In this document: in pieces, positions 35,356-43,961 of the stretch
How the letters are laid out: the number at the start of each line of letters is the position of its first letter
Position numbering within the stretch: the first letter of the stretch is position 1
NCBI GenBank assembly: GCA_021372615.1
Contig: JAJFUB010000040.1
Coordinates: 2,453-66,452 of the forward strand
Direction: 5' to 3'
DNA: 64,000 bases
Source: a bacterium
GTDB taxonomy: Bacteria > Armatimonadota > Zipacnadia > Zipacnadales > UBA11051
Program-made: the position numbers and the translations under genes
Notes under the pieces: generated by a model
Told to the model about the DNA's origin: nothing
Databases searched by the model: none
What the model saw: the letters and a program-made list of their open reading frames with translations, nothing else

Positions 35356-38300
35356 CTACTGCCGGAAGCCCACCGCCTGCCCCGTCTCCGTCGTCACCAC
35401 CGCCAGCGGGCCCTGCGGCGTCTGCAGCACCCGCAGGTCCACCGGCTTGCCCCCGAGCTTCCCCAGAGCAGTGATCTCGCCCTGTCCGTTCAGCGCCGCG
35501 ACCGTGCCGTCATCGCAGCCGATGCAGAGGCGGGCCGGCAGATTGCCGCCCCCTCCGACGACACGCGCCACCGTCGGCGGCGCGGGCATCTGCCGGCTCC
35601 AGAGCCGCTGCGCTTTCCCGTCCAGTGCCACCACCAGACCCGCCGCGATGGCCACGACGATCTCCGGCTTGCCGTCACCGTTGACGTCGCCCACATCCAT
35701 CATGCGCAGGTTGGCGCGCGCGGTCGGCACGCCGGGGCCGAACTGCGCATTGTACAGCGGCGTCCCACTCTCGCTGTAGATCGTGATGCGGTTCCACGTG
35801 CCGTTGATCGCCGAGACGATCTCGGGCTTGCCGTCGCCGTCGAGGTCCACGCGGAAGTTGTCCTCGCGGTTCATGCAGTCCCACCCGCCGACATGGGTGT
35901 GGCCGGCGGGGACGCCATCGTAGCCCGAGCCCGTGCGGGTCATCGTCTTGCTGCTGACGACGGCCATGTTCACGCCATCGTTGTGCCAGCGCGCGACGAG
36001 CAGGTTCTTGCCGCCGTCGGGCGCGTCCACCAGCAGGAACTTGCGCCCCGGGCCCCAGAACACCGGCAGGCGCTTGAGCAGTTGTCCCTTCGCGTCGAGT
36101 ATCTCCAGCGTGCAGGCGCTGCCCACGAAGGCCCGTTGCTCTCCGCCATCGAACGCGCCGCTGTACAGGCCGTAGATGCCCGGGTGGGCCGACTTGAACC
36201 AGTACTGCTTGCCCGCCTCGTAGACGGCTTGGTCCATCACCGACGTGAACTCCCACTGGCGGTTCCCCTGCTCGTCGAACGCCACGACCTGCTCATCGGC
36301 GCAGCCGACCAGCAGGAGCTTGGGCGCCGCCCACCAGTTCAGGGCGCGCACCTCGCCGGCGAGGTCGAGCTTGCGGACGACCTTGCCGGCCGCGTCGAGG
36401 ATCACAACCGACTTGCCGACCGGCACGGCCATCTGGTCGCCTGCTGCCGAGGGGATCACGATCCCCTCGCCCGGCTTCCCGCCCAGCTCCGCTGCCATCG
36501 TCGGCTTCAGCTCCGCCGCTGCCAGCTTCGAAGGCGCGGCTTGCGCCGCGAGTGCTTCAGCCCGCAGCTTCCGGCCCTGCTCGACCAACCCCGGCAGTTG
36601 CGCCGTGAGCGGCTTCCATACCGGCGTGGCAGGCGTGGCCTGGCTCAGCGTGTGTCGCCCGGCAGGCAGTTCGAACATCGTCAGACCGTCCGCGCCCGGC
36701 TGGCCCGTCAACTGCTTGCCGTCATAGCCCACCGCGGGGCTCTGCAGCGCCAGTCCGAGCTTGACGGGCTGGGTCGCGTCTACCTGGAGCACGCCGTGCT
36801 CGAAGTCCCAGTCCGCCGCCACGGGCTCGTCGGCCCGCAGCAGCGGCAGCTCCAGCCCGGCCTGCGTCAGCCCGTGGCCGTACAGATGCTGCTCGGTCAG
36901 GATGACCAGCTCGCCCCGGTTGCCCCGGAAGTCGCCGACGGAGGCCACGCCCGCTTCGGGCAGGGCCAGAGCCGCCGCGTTGTCGGCAATCCGCAGGCAC
37001 TGGAGGGCTTCATCGCGGCCGGTGGTGTTCGCGCCCAGGAGCGTGAAGGAGATGCGGTGCTGCCCGCTCTTGATCGGCCCGCGCCAGACCATCTCGTTGA
37101 TGCCGCCCGGCTTGACCTCCAACACATCACCGGGGCGTAGCTCGCAGGCGACCGCCTGCGTCGCAGCCGCCGCCCCCTCCGGCTGCACACGCACCCCGAT
37201 CAGCCCGGCATAGCACCGGCTGGCCTCGGGACGCTGACCCACCACTTCCAGCTTCAGCGTGTGCGGGCCCGCCGCCAGTTGCTGCCGGCCCAGCGGCACC
37301 CGCTGCGAAGCCACCGCCGGGGCGTAGTGGTCCACCTTCTCGGCCACGACCTTGCCATCGAGGGACAGCTTCACGAAGCCCCGGTCCGCGTAGTTGAGCA
37401 GGTCCACGAACACCTCGCCCGTCACCGGCTGCGCCAGCGTGAAGGGCATCTGCACCCACGCACCCGGTGCGGGAGCCTTGAGCAGCACAATGTCTATCGA
37501 GGACAGCTTCGACAGCAACTCGGCCGGCGTGCCGGGGCCGCAGGTGCAGTCGGCCTGCAGGGCGGGGAAGCCGAGCCAGCCCTGGGGTAGGCCGCGCGGC
37601 AGTTCCCTGACGCGCACGGCCTGCTCCCTGGCGTCCCATGAGCCGCCCGGCACTTCCCAGGTCGTCTCCAGCTTCATGTTCTGGCTGTCGGTGCGGAAGG
37701 TCAGGTCGTCGCACACCAGGGCATAGCGTCCGGTGCGCAGCGCCAGCGTCCGCCGCCAGTTGGCGAAGGGCAGCTTCGGCACTTCGCCCACGCACACGGC
37801 CGTGCCGCCGAGGACGTCGCGCCGGAGCAGTGCTCCGTCCATCGCCACCTGCGGCTCGACCATCCCGTCGGCGCTGGACAGCACCTGGTTGTGGTAGCCC
37901 TTCAGCATCGTCGTCCCCGCCAGGCGCAGCTCCAGCAGATCGTACGTGTGATAGGGGTTGCGCCCAGCGCCGTTGTAGCCGTCCAGCAGCACATAGTCGC
38001 TCGCCGGACCCAGCGCGCTGCGGTAGCTGCCCCAGCGGAACGACTGGTTCTGCGGGAAGCTGGCGCCCCGCGCCTTCCACATGGCCTCGGGCATCCAGTG
38101 GATCGTCCAGGTGTTGACGACATCCGTGGGCGGCGCGGCCTTGAACTCGGGGCCGGGCCAGAAGGACTGCCCCAGACGGAAGATGTCCTGGTCGAGCGTG
38201 ATGTGCTCCCGGTACCACAGCCAGCGGCCGTCGCCCAGGATGTACGCCGCCTTGTTGAGCATGTTGAGGGCCGAGGCCGTCAGGCCCCAGTCGTTCTCCA

Positions 38301-40185
38301 GGCCCGTGGACAGGATCTCCTGCGTCTCGAAGGTCCGCCGCAGGTTCGCCATCATGTCCGGGTCGCGCTTCCCGGTGAAGAGCAGGTAGTCCAGCATCGG
38401 GTCATAGTACGAGGTGAACCAGAAGAGGTGGTCATTGTACGAGGCCATCCAGTAGGTGCGCTTGAGGGCCTCGAAGTAGTGGTCCCCCGCCGCCATGCAC
38501 CGTTGCCAGACGGGGGAGGGGTGGTCCTTTTGGAAGTAGCGCCCCAGCGCATAGAGCGCGAAGGCGGCCCAGTCGCCGTGCCGGTCGCCGACGATCGGCT
38601 GGGGGTCCGTCTTCCCGTACACGCCCTCGACGACGCGGTGGGGCAACTGCCGCGCGAGGGCGTTGGTGATCTTCAGCCGCTGGGCGTCGGTGAGGTCCGG
38701 GCTCTCCTCGATGAGGTCCCACAGCACCACCATCATGTGCGCCGCGTAGTGGTACGGCCCGGCCAGCGGGTCATTCTTGTTCTCGATCCGCTCGCCGTCG
38801 TACTCCTCGATCTCCTTGATGGCCTGCGCGTCGGGGAAGCTGAGCCGTAGGAACTCCTGCAGGCTCTGCTTGTCCCCGGTCATGTAGTAGTTGGCCATGT
38901 GCTTGGAGATCATGTTCCAGCCGAAGTAGCCGGAGCTACCGTACATCCTGGAGGCTTCCCAGATCTCCATCTGCTTGACATCGGTGGCGGGCTTGTACGC
39001 CGGGTCGAGCTTGATCTCGGCTAGCCAGCCCAGCGCCAACTCCCCCTTCCCCACCCGCACGGCGGACGTCCCGCCCGCCTGGCTCGCCCCCTGCCCGGCT
39101 CCGAGCGCCGCCCCTCCGGGCCCCAGTGCCGGCGTGGCACCCTCTCGGCTCGCCCCCCCTCCGGGCCCCAGTGCCGGCGTCCCGCCGGCCCCGAGCTTCC
39201 CGATCAGCACCTCCGTCCCCGCCTGCACACCGGCCACATCGCTGCCGCCGACGAACAGGAAGTTCTGCCCGTCCCCGTGCGGGCTGTGCAGTGTCCGCAC
39301 CACATACCCGCCGGGGCCGGGGTATTTGAGGTCCAGGAAGGTGTAGCTCTCGTCATACAGATGGCTGATGAACGAGTTGGTGGAGCGGTTGCCCAAGAGC
39401 ACGAGGTTGCGGAAGGCCGAGGTGTCTGAGCGGAGCATCAACTCGAAGTCGGTGAAGACCGAGACCTCAACGCCGGTGGCGGCCTTGATGGCCGCCTGCA
39501 GCTTCTTGCCCTCGGCCGCGTACGGCTTCGGCGCGACGATGGTCGCTTCGGGCTTGCCCGCCCGCACCAGCCAGGTCGTCAGGTGCAGGTCCTTGAGCTT
39601 GTCATACTGCGGCACGACGGGTTCGGGGATCTGGGGTGCGGCAGGTTGCGCAGCCACGGGGGGCGCCTCCACTCCGGATTGCAGTCTCACGTCATCCACG
39701 ATCACCTGCGGCGTCGGATCGCGGTGGCAGTACAGGTAGATCGTCGCGGTCTTCGCGTCCGGCGGCGCGATCATGTACGCCGCCACCTCACCAAAGCCCT
39801 CGGCCGGCGCGACCAGCGGCACCTGGACGAACTTGTCGCTGGGCTGGAAGCGCAGTTGCAGTTGCGCCCCGGCAGTGGACGCTCCGGCGCTGGTCGAGAC
39901 CTGCACGCTGACCTTGTAGGGGGCGCCCGCCTGGATGGGCACGGACTGCGTGACGCCGATCTCGTGGGTGGTGCTGCCATCGGCGATCAGCAAGCCCTGG
40001 CCGGTGCGTCCCGGTACGAGCGAGAGCTTCTGGGTCGGCTGCCCGCCGGCATACAGCCCCCAGGCTACGGGCACGCCCTTGTCCGTGAGGCCCTCGTCAA
40101 AGGAGGCGTTCTTGAGGGGAACATCCTCGGCGGCGAGCAGTGGCGCGGCACAGAGCAGCAGGAGCAACAGGATGGGGGTACGCAT
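35356..40185 (-). CDS. Giant secreted protein: N-terminal CBM-like domain, heparinase II/III-like helical region, C-terminal FG-GAP/VCBS beta-propeller. Paralog of 16942..20409
   Basis: ATG at 40185 (MRTPILLLLLLCAAPLLAAEDVPL, signal peptide) with GGAGG RBS. FG-GAP-like repeats (VDLDGDGKPEIV, DVNGDGKPEIVVAIAAG). The region DLTDAQRLKITNALARQLP parallels FFTDEERLMAVNFLVACAQY in the paralog. Confidence 0.8.
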   Translation of the reverse strand: MRTPILLLLLLCAAPLLAAEDVPLKNASFDEGLTDKGVPVAWGLYAGGQPTQKLSLVPGRTGQGLLIADGSTTHEIGVTQSVPIQAGAPYKVSVQVSTSAGASTAGAQLQLRFQPSDKFVQVPLVAPAEGFGEVAAYMIAPPDAKTATIYLYCHRDPTPQVIVDDVRLQSGVEAPPVAAQPAAPQIPEPVVPQYDKLKDLHLTTWLVRAGKPEATIVAPKPYAAEGKKLQAAIKAATGVEVSVFTDFELMLRSDTSAFRNLVLLGNRSTNSFISHLYDESYTFLDLKYPGPGGYVVRTLHSPHGDGQNFLFVGGSDVAGVQAGTEVLIGKLGAGGTPALGPGGGASREGATPALGPGGAALGAGQGASQAGGTSAVRVGKGELALGWLAEIKLDPAYKPATDVKQMEIWEASRMYGSSGYFGWNMISKHMANYYMTGDKQSLQEFLRLSFPDAQAIKEIEEYDGERIENKNDPLAGPYHYAAHMMVVLWDLIEESPDLTDAQRLKITNALARQLPHRVVEGVYGKTDPQPIVGDRHGDWAAFALYALGRYFQKDHPSPVWQRCMAAGDHYFEALKRTYWMASYNDHLFWFTSYYDPMLDYLLFTGKRDPDMMANLRRTFETQEILSTGLENDWGLTASALNMLNKAAYILGDGRWLWYREHITLDQDIFRLGQSFWPGPEFKAAPPTDVVNTWTIHWMPEAMWKARGASFPQNQSFRWGSYRSALGPASDYVLLDGYNGAGRNPYHTYDLLELRLAGTTMLKGYHNQVLSSADGMVEPQVAMDGALLRRDVLGGTAVCVGEVPKLPFANWRRTLALRTGRYALVCDDLTFRTDSQNMKLETTWEVPGGSWDAREQAVRVRELPRGLPQGWLGFPALQADCTCGPGTPAELLSKLSSIDIVLLKAPAPGAWVQMPFTLAQPVTGEVFVDLLNYADRGFVKLSLDGKVVAEKVDHYAPAVASQRVPLGRQQLAAGPHTLKLEVVGQRPEASRCYAGLIGVRVQPEGAAAATQAVACELRPGDVLEVKPGGINEMVWRGPIKSGQHRISFTLLGANTTGRDEALQCLRIADNAAALALPEAGVASVGDFRGNRGELVILTEQHLYGHGLTQAGLELPLLRADEPVAADWDFEHGVLQVDATQPVKLGLALQSPAVGYDGKQLTGQPGADGLTMFELPAGRHTLSQATPATPVWKPLTAQLPGLVEQGRKLRAEALAAQAAPSKLAAAELKPTMAAELGGKPGEGIVIPSAAGDQMAVPVGKSVVILDAAGKVVRKLDLAGEVRALNWWAAPKLLLVGCADEQVVAFDEQGNRQWEFTSVMDQAVYEAGKQYWFKSAHPGIYGLYSGAFDGGEQRAFVGSACTLEILDAKGQLLKRLPVFWGPGRKFLLVDAPDGGKNLLVARWHNDGVNMAVVSSKTMTRTGSGYDGVPAGHTHVGGWDCMNREDNFRVDLDGDGKPEIVSAINGTWNRITIYSESGTPLYNAQFGPGVPTARANLRMMDVGDVNGDGKPEIVVAIAAGLVVALDGKAQRLWSRQMPAPPTVARVVGGGGNLPARLCIGCDDGTVAALNGQGEITALGKLGGKPVDLRVLQTPQGPLAVVTTETGQAVGFRQ

Positions 40186-40254
40186 GGCTGGCGGCCTCCG
40201 TGGCAGGGGACGGTGGATGGCCGGAGGTTCGGTGTGGGGGGAGGGAGGACCTGC

Positions 40255-40343
40255 GGAGGCAACGGGCTGGAAAGCCCGCGGTCCAACGGCGGGCGGCTCT
40301 GGAGAGCCGCGCTCCAACGGCTGCCGGCTGGAAGCCGGCGGTC
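40255..40343. repeat. REP family 4: three tandem ~30-bp hairpin units (GGCTGGAAAGCCCGCGGTCCAACGGC / GGCGGCTCTGGAGAGCCGCGCTCCAACGGC / TGCCGGCTGGAAGCCGGCGGTCCTACGGC)
   Basis: Each unit folds as a 5-6-bp stem with a GGA(A) loop followed by GGTCC(A/T)ACGGC. A related GGGCTTCCAGCCCGCC / GGCTGGAAGCCCGC pair occurs at ~8240-8290. Confidence 0.75.
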
Positions 40344-41462
40344 CTACGGCTGGGCGGAGTAGACGTCGAGGGCCAGGTTGTCGTGCTCACCTGCGATCAG
40401 CTTCGCCCAGCCCGCCGCCCCGACCATCGCCGCGTTGTCGGTGCAGAGCTTGAGAGGCGGATAGCGCACGGGGAGGCCCAGTTCCTCGCCAAGCTGCGAG
40501 AGGCGCTCGCGCAGGAGCTTGTTGGCCGCGACCCCGCCGCAGAGGAGGATCTGGCGGAGGCCGCTATCGGCCGGCTCGGCCTCCGAACGGCTCCTCACCC
40601 CTGCCCCTCTCCCGCGCGGTGCGGCCGCGCCGGAGAGGGGTTCAGCGGCCGCCTTCCGCACGTTCCGCACCAGCGTGTCCACCACTGCCTCCTGGTACGA
40701 GGCCGCCAGGTCCGCGACCGGAAGTTCGCCTGCCTGGCGTAGCTGCTCCACCAGCCGCAGCAGCGCCGTCTTCAGCCCCGAGAAGGAGTAGTCCAGGGAG
40801 CCCTCGATGACCGGGCGGGGCAGGTCGAACCGAGCTTCGCCGTGCTCCGCTGCCGCCTGCATCGCGGGGCCACCGGGATAGCCCAACTCCAGCACGCGTG
40901 CCGCCTTGTCGAGTGCCTCCCCGGCGGCATCGTCGCGGGTGCAGCCAAGCAGCTCCATCTCAGCGCGCGAGCGCAACAGCACGAGGTCGCTGTGGCCCCC
41001 CGAGACGATCAGGCAGAGCGCCGGGAAGTCCTCGGGCGCCCCCTCGGAGGGGCCGGCTACTAGCCGGCCCGATAGGTCGCAGAAGTTCGAGTTCACGTGG
41101 GCATCTAGATGGTTGACGCCCACCAGCGGCAGGCCCGTGGCCAGACAGTAGGCCTTCTGGGCGCTGACGCCCACGAGCAGCGAGCCGATCAGCCCCGGCC
41201 CGTTCGTGACCGCCAGGCCCCCGAGGTCATCCCACGTCACCCCGGCCTCATCCAGCGCCGCCTGGACGACATGCGTGATGGCCTCCACATGCTTGCGGGA
41301 CGCCACCTCGGGCACGACGCCGCCGAAGAGGGCGTGGATCTCCTCCTGGGAGGCGACATGCGAGGACAGCACGCGCCGCCCGCCGGCCACGACGGCCGCC
41401 GCCGTGTCGTCACATGAGGTCTCGACGGCGAGGACCAGTTCAGACTTCAAGGCATAGCTCAT
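40344..41462 (-). CDS. tsaD: tRNA N6-adenosine threonylcarbamoyltransferase TsaD (Kae1/YgjD)
   Basis: ATG at 41462 (MSYALKSELVLAVETSCDDTAAAVV...). Conserved HxxxH-type metal site region (NHLDAHV) and GG(V)AAN motif. Carries a ~25-aa in-frame insertion relative to E. coli TsaD. Confidence 0.9.
   Translation of the reverse strand: MSYALKSELVLAVETSCDDTAAAVVAGGRRVLSSHVASQEEIHALFGGVVPEVASRKHVEAITHVVQAALDEAGVTWDDLGGLAVTNGPGLIGSLLVGVSAQKAYCLATGLPLVGVNHLDAHVNSNFCDLSGRLVAGPSEGAPEDFPALCLIVSGGHSDLVLLRSRAEMELLGCTRDDAAGEALDKAARVLELGYPGGPAMQAAAEHGEARFDLPRPVIEGSLDYSFSGLKTALLRLVEQLRQAGELPVADLAASYQEAVVDTLVRNVRKAAAEPLSGAAAPRGRGAGVRSRSEAEPADSGLRQILLCGGVAANKLLRERLSQLGEELGLPVRYPPLKLCTDNAAMVGAAGWAKLIAGEHDNLALDVYSAQP
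40590..40650. repeat. REP family 3 (GGCTCCTCACCCCTGCCCCTCTCCCGCGCG...CGCGCCGG(C)GAGGGG) inserted in-frame in tsaD
   Basis: The 30-nt core is identical to the intergenic copy at ~57560-57620. Encodes ...AAEPLSGAAAPRGRGAGVRSRSEAEPADSGLRQ..., which is absent from E. coli TsaD at this position. Confidence 0.75.
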
Positions 41463-42774
41463 AGTCGTGACGTTCCAGCCAGCGGTCGTAGGCTTCCTGC
41501 AGCCGCTCGATCTGCGATGGGGCCTCCAGGTCGGGGATGGCGACGATGATCGCGTCCTCGTTGGTGTCCTGGTAGTACCCGCGGCGGCGATGCAGGTACT
41601 CAAAGCCCAGCTTGGCGTACAGCGCCGCGGCCCCGTAGTTGCTGACGCGGTACTCCAGGATGGCGTAGGGGTTGCCGTACTCGCGGGCCTGCTGCAGCAT
41701 GGTGAGCATCAGGATCTCGCCCAGGCCCCCCCGCCGGTACTGCGGGTCTACGGCGATGGTGCAGATGTGCGCTTCGCCCGCGAACATCCAGGTGCCGATG
41801 TAGCCGGCGAGCCGGTCCTCCACCTCAGCCACGAAGAAGTGGCTGCCCAGCCGCCCGCTCAGCTCCTCGCGGAGCGACTGCTCAGACCACGGGCTGGAGA
41901 AGCTCGCGTTCTCGATGCGGACGACGTCGGGGAGGTCGTCAAGATGGGCGCGCCGGATCCGCAGCCGCCGCCGAGAGGGGCCTGTCCCGACGGAGGGGTC
42001 TGTCCCCGGAGGAGCGGCGCCGCCGCTCTGCAGGGGGCTGACCCCGTCAGCACACGCGCCCGCCATGGGGTCAGCCCCCTCCGGGGACAGACCCCGCGCC
42101 AGGTCCATGTTCCGCATCCGCTCCGCCTGCGAGGCGAGGAGGTACAGCGGTTGCAGCGTGAAGGCCGCGCGCGGGTCCGCCTCCTCCACGCGCGCTGCGG
42201 CCAGGTGGGCCACCTCGGCCGCTCGGGGGTGTGTCTGGCAGACGATCAGACCACTCGGCAGGGAGGAGACCATGTCTCCCAGCGCGTCCGTGGCCGGGCC
42301 GATGATGTGCCGGATGCCGTCTAGCAGGTCGGGCAGTTCCTCCACTGCCACGACGCGCGGGGCCGACAGCTCGCGGGCGCCGCCCGCGGACCGGGCCCAC
42401 AGCCCGGCATAGACATGGCCCCGCCGCGCCTGCTGCAGCACCAGCAGACGCTCCCCCTCCCCCACCTCGGCCGCGGCGGCGATGGCCTCCTGAGTGGGCA
42501 CGCCCACCAGCGGCAGGCCCAGCACATGGGCCAAGGCCTTGGCGGTGGCCATGCCGACACGCAGGCCGGTGAAGGAGCCGGGGCCCCGGGAAACGGCGAT
42601 CGCGTCGAGGGCCCAGCCCTGCGCGCTCTTCACGCCCGGCAGCGCCGCGATCCGCGCGGTCAGCTTCTCGCACAGGTCCATGCGGCTGGGGAAGCTCTCG
42701 CCGGTGATGACGCCGTCATCCCACAGCGCGATGCTGCTCACATACTCGGAGGTCTCCAGCGCTAGTACCCGCAT
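41440..42774 (-). CDS. tsaB: TsaB (YeaZ) - RimI (ribosomal-protein-alanine N-acetyltransferase) fusion protein
   Basis: Single 444-aa ORF. N-terminal TsaB (MRVLALETSEYVSSIALW...GPGSFTGLR) and C-terminal GNAT RimI (VRIENASFSSPWSEQSL...). Its 3' end overlaps the tsaD start by 23 nt. Confidence 0.85.
   Translation of the reverse strand: MRVLALETSEYVSSIALWDDGVITGESFPSRMDLCEKLTARIAALPGVKSAQGWALDAIAVSRGPGSFTGLRVGMATAKALAHVLGLPLVGVPTQEAIAAAAEVGEGERLLVLQQARRGHVYAGLWARSAGGARELSAPRVVAVEELPDLLDGIRHIIGPATDALGDMVSSLPSGLIVCQTHPRAAEVAHLAAARVEEADPRAAFTLQPLYLLASQAERMRNMDLARGLSPEGADPMAGACADGVSPLQSGGAAPPGTDPSVGTGPSRRRLRIRRAHLDDLPDVVRIENASFSSPWSEQSLREELSGRLGSHFFVAEVEDRLAGYIGTWMFAGEAHICTIAVDPQYRRGGLGEILMLTMLQQAREYGNPYAILEYRVSNYGAAALYAKLGFEYLHRRRGYYQDTNEDAIIVAIPDLEAPSQIERLQEAYDRWLERHDYELCLEV
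41985..42095. repeat. REP family-1 nested palindrome in-frame in the TsaB-RimI interdomain linker
   Basis: GGGGTCTGTCCCC..GGGGGCTGACCCC..GGGGTCAGCCCCC..GGGGACAGACCCC. Encodes DLARGLSPEGADPMAGACADGVSPLQSGGAAPPGTDPSVGTGPSRRR. Confidence 0.8.
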
Positions 42775-43235
42775 TGGCGCAAGTGCTCCAGCAATTCCCG
42801 CGCGCGGGGCCCGTGGGCCAGCACGGTCAGCACGCGCGCGTCGTCGACATGGCGGCAGTCAATCTCCAGGTGGTCGGGAGGCAGGGCGTCGGCCACATTG
42901 GCCGCCCACTCGATCGCGACGGCTCCATCGGCAAGCCAGTCGTCCAGCCCCATGTCGAGCAGTTCGTCACCACTGGTCAGGCGGTAGGCATCCACATGAT
43001 ACAGCAAGGGCGCGGAGCCGGGAGGAGCGGTCTGGTGGCGACGCATGATGACGAACGTGGGCGACGTGACACGCCCGACCGCGCCCAGGCCGGCCGCCAG
43101 GCCCTGCACGAACACGGTCTTGCCGGCGCCCAACTCCCCGTTGAGCGCAATGACATCACCGACGCCGAGCGCGCCGGCCAGGCACTCGCCGAGCCGTCGT
43201 GTGGCTTCGGGGCAGGTTGTGGTGAGGGTGAGCAT
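42762..43235 (-). CDS. tsaE: tRNA threonylcarbamoyladenosine biosynthesis ATPase TsaE (YjeE)
   Basis: 157 aa with Walker A GELGAGKT and the TsaE fold. Overlaps the tsaB::rimI start by 13 nt. Confidence 0.85.
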   Translation of the reverse strand: MLTLTTTCPEATRRLGECLAGALGVGDVIALNGELGAGKTVFVQGLAAGLGAVGRVTSPTFVIMRRHQTAPPGSAPLLYHVDAYRLTSGDELLDMGLDDWLADGAVAIEWAANVADALPPDHLEIDCRHVDDARVLTVLAHGPRARELLEHLRQCGY

Positions 43236-43246
43236 GGTTTGTGTTG

Positions 43247-43290
43247 TGCAATGCCATCACTTATGCTATCATGATGGCACCAGACGCTCC
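43247..43290 (+). promoter_or_regulatory. Putative sigma70-like promoter (TTGTGC-17-TATCAT) with overlapping 8-bp inverted repeat TGCCATCA...TGATGGCA (candidate VapB operator)
   Basis: AT-richer 60-bp divergent spacer between tsaE and vapB. The inverted repeat brackets the -10 element. Confidence 0.45.
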
Positions 43291-43305
43291 TAGAAGGTGG
43301 TCCAC

Positions 43306-43554
43306 GTGACACGCATGCAGATACAGCTAACGACAGAGCAACACCAGCGCCTGCGTGACCTAGCCCTGCGCCGCCAGGCGTCCGTCGCGAAGCTGGTTCG
43401 TGACTTCATTGACGACGGCCTGCGCAAGTCCACTGAGCCGGACCGCGCCGATGCGGTGCGGCGTTTCCTGGCGTCGGCTGGCAGCGGGCACTCAGGGCAT
43501 TCTGACATCTCGCGCCGACACGATGACTACCTCGAGGAGGCGTACCGGTCTTGA
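43306..43554 (+). CDS. vapB: Ribbon-helix-helix antitoxin (VapB/CopG-like)
   Basis: GTG at 43306 preceded by AAGGTGG with a 5-nt spacer. Alternative starts are GTG at 43297 (track) and ATG at 43315. MQIQLTTEQHQRLRDLALRRQASVAKLVRDFID has an RHH fold. Its stop overlaps the vapC TTG start. Confidence 0.7.
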   Translation: MTRMQIQLTTEQHQRLRDLALRRQASVAKLVRDFIDDGLRKSTEPDRADAVRRFLASAGSGHSGHSDISRRHDDYLEEAYRS

Positions 43555-43961
43555 CCACGTTTGTGGACACTTCGGCCATCTTCGCGTACTACGACACTGA
43601 TGACGAGGCCCATGATGTGATCGCCCCGCTTTGGGCAGCTCTGCTCGCAGCGGATGCCCAGCTAGTGACCACGAACTACGTCCTGCTGGAAGCGGCTGCA
43701 TTGCTCCAGCGCCGCCTGGGCATGCAGTGGGTGCAGCGTCTACAGACGGAGGTCCGGCGGATCGTCCAGATCGTCTGGGTGGACGACGAGCTGCATGACC
43801 TCGCCGTCACTGCCACGCTGGCAGCCAACCGGCGCCATCTGTCGCTTGTGGACAACCTCAGCCTCGAGATCATGCGGCGTCTGGGCATCAACTACGCGCT
43901 GGCCTGCGATGAGCACTTCACCGAGCGCGGCTATGAGCTTCCGCCGTTGCCACCCACCTGA
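43551..43961 (+). CDS. vapC: PIN-domain toxin VapC
   Basis: TTG start overlapping the vapB stop by 4 nt. FVDTSAIFAYYDTDDEAH and acidic residues conserved as in PIN domains. Confidence 0.85.
   Translation: MTTFVDTSAIFAYYDTDDEAHDVIAPLWAALLAADAQLVTTNYVLLEAAALLQRRLGMQWVQRLQTEVRRIVQIVWVDDELHDLAVTATLAANRRHLSLVDNLSLEIMRRLGINYALACDEHFTERGYELPPLPPT

Noticed and set aside
35152-37140. 662-aa plus-strand ORF
   Set aside because: Antisense to the photolyase and the giant secreted protein gene.
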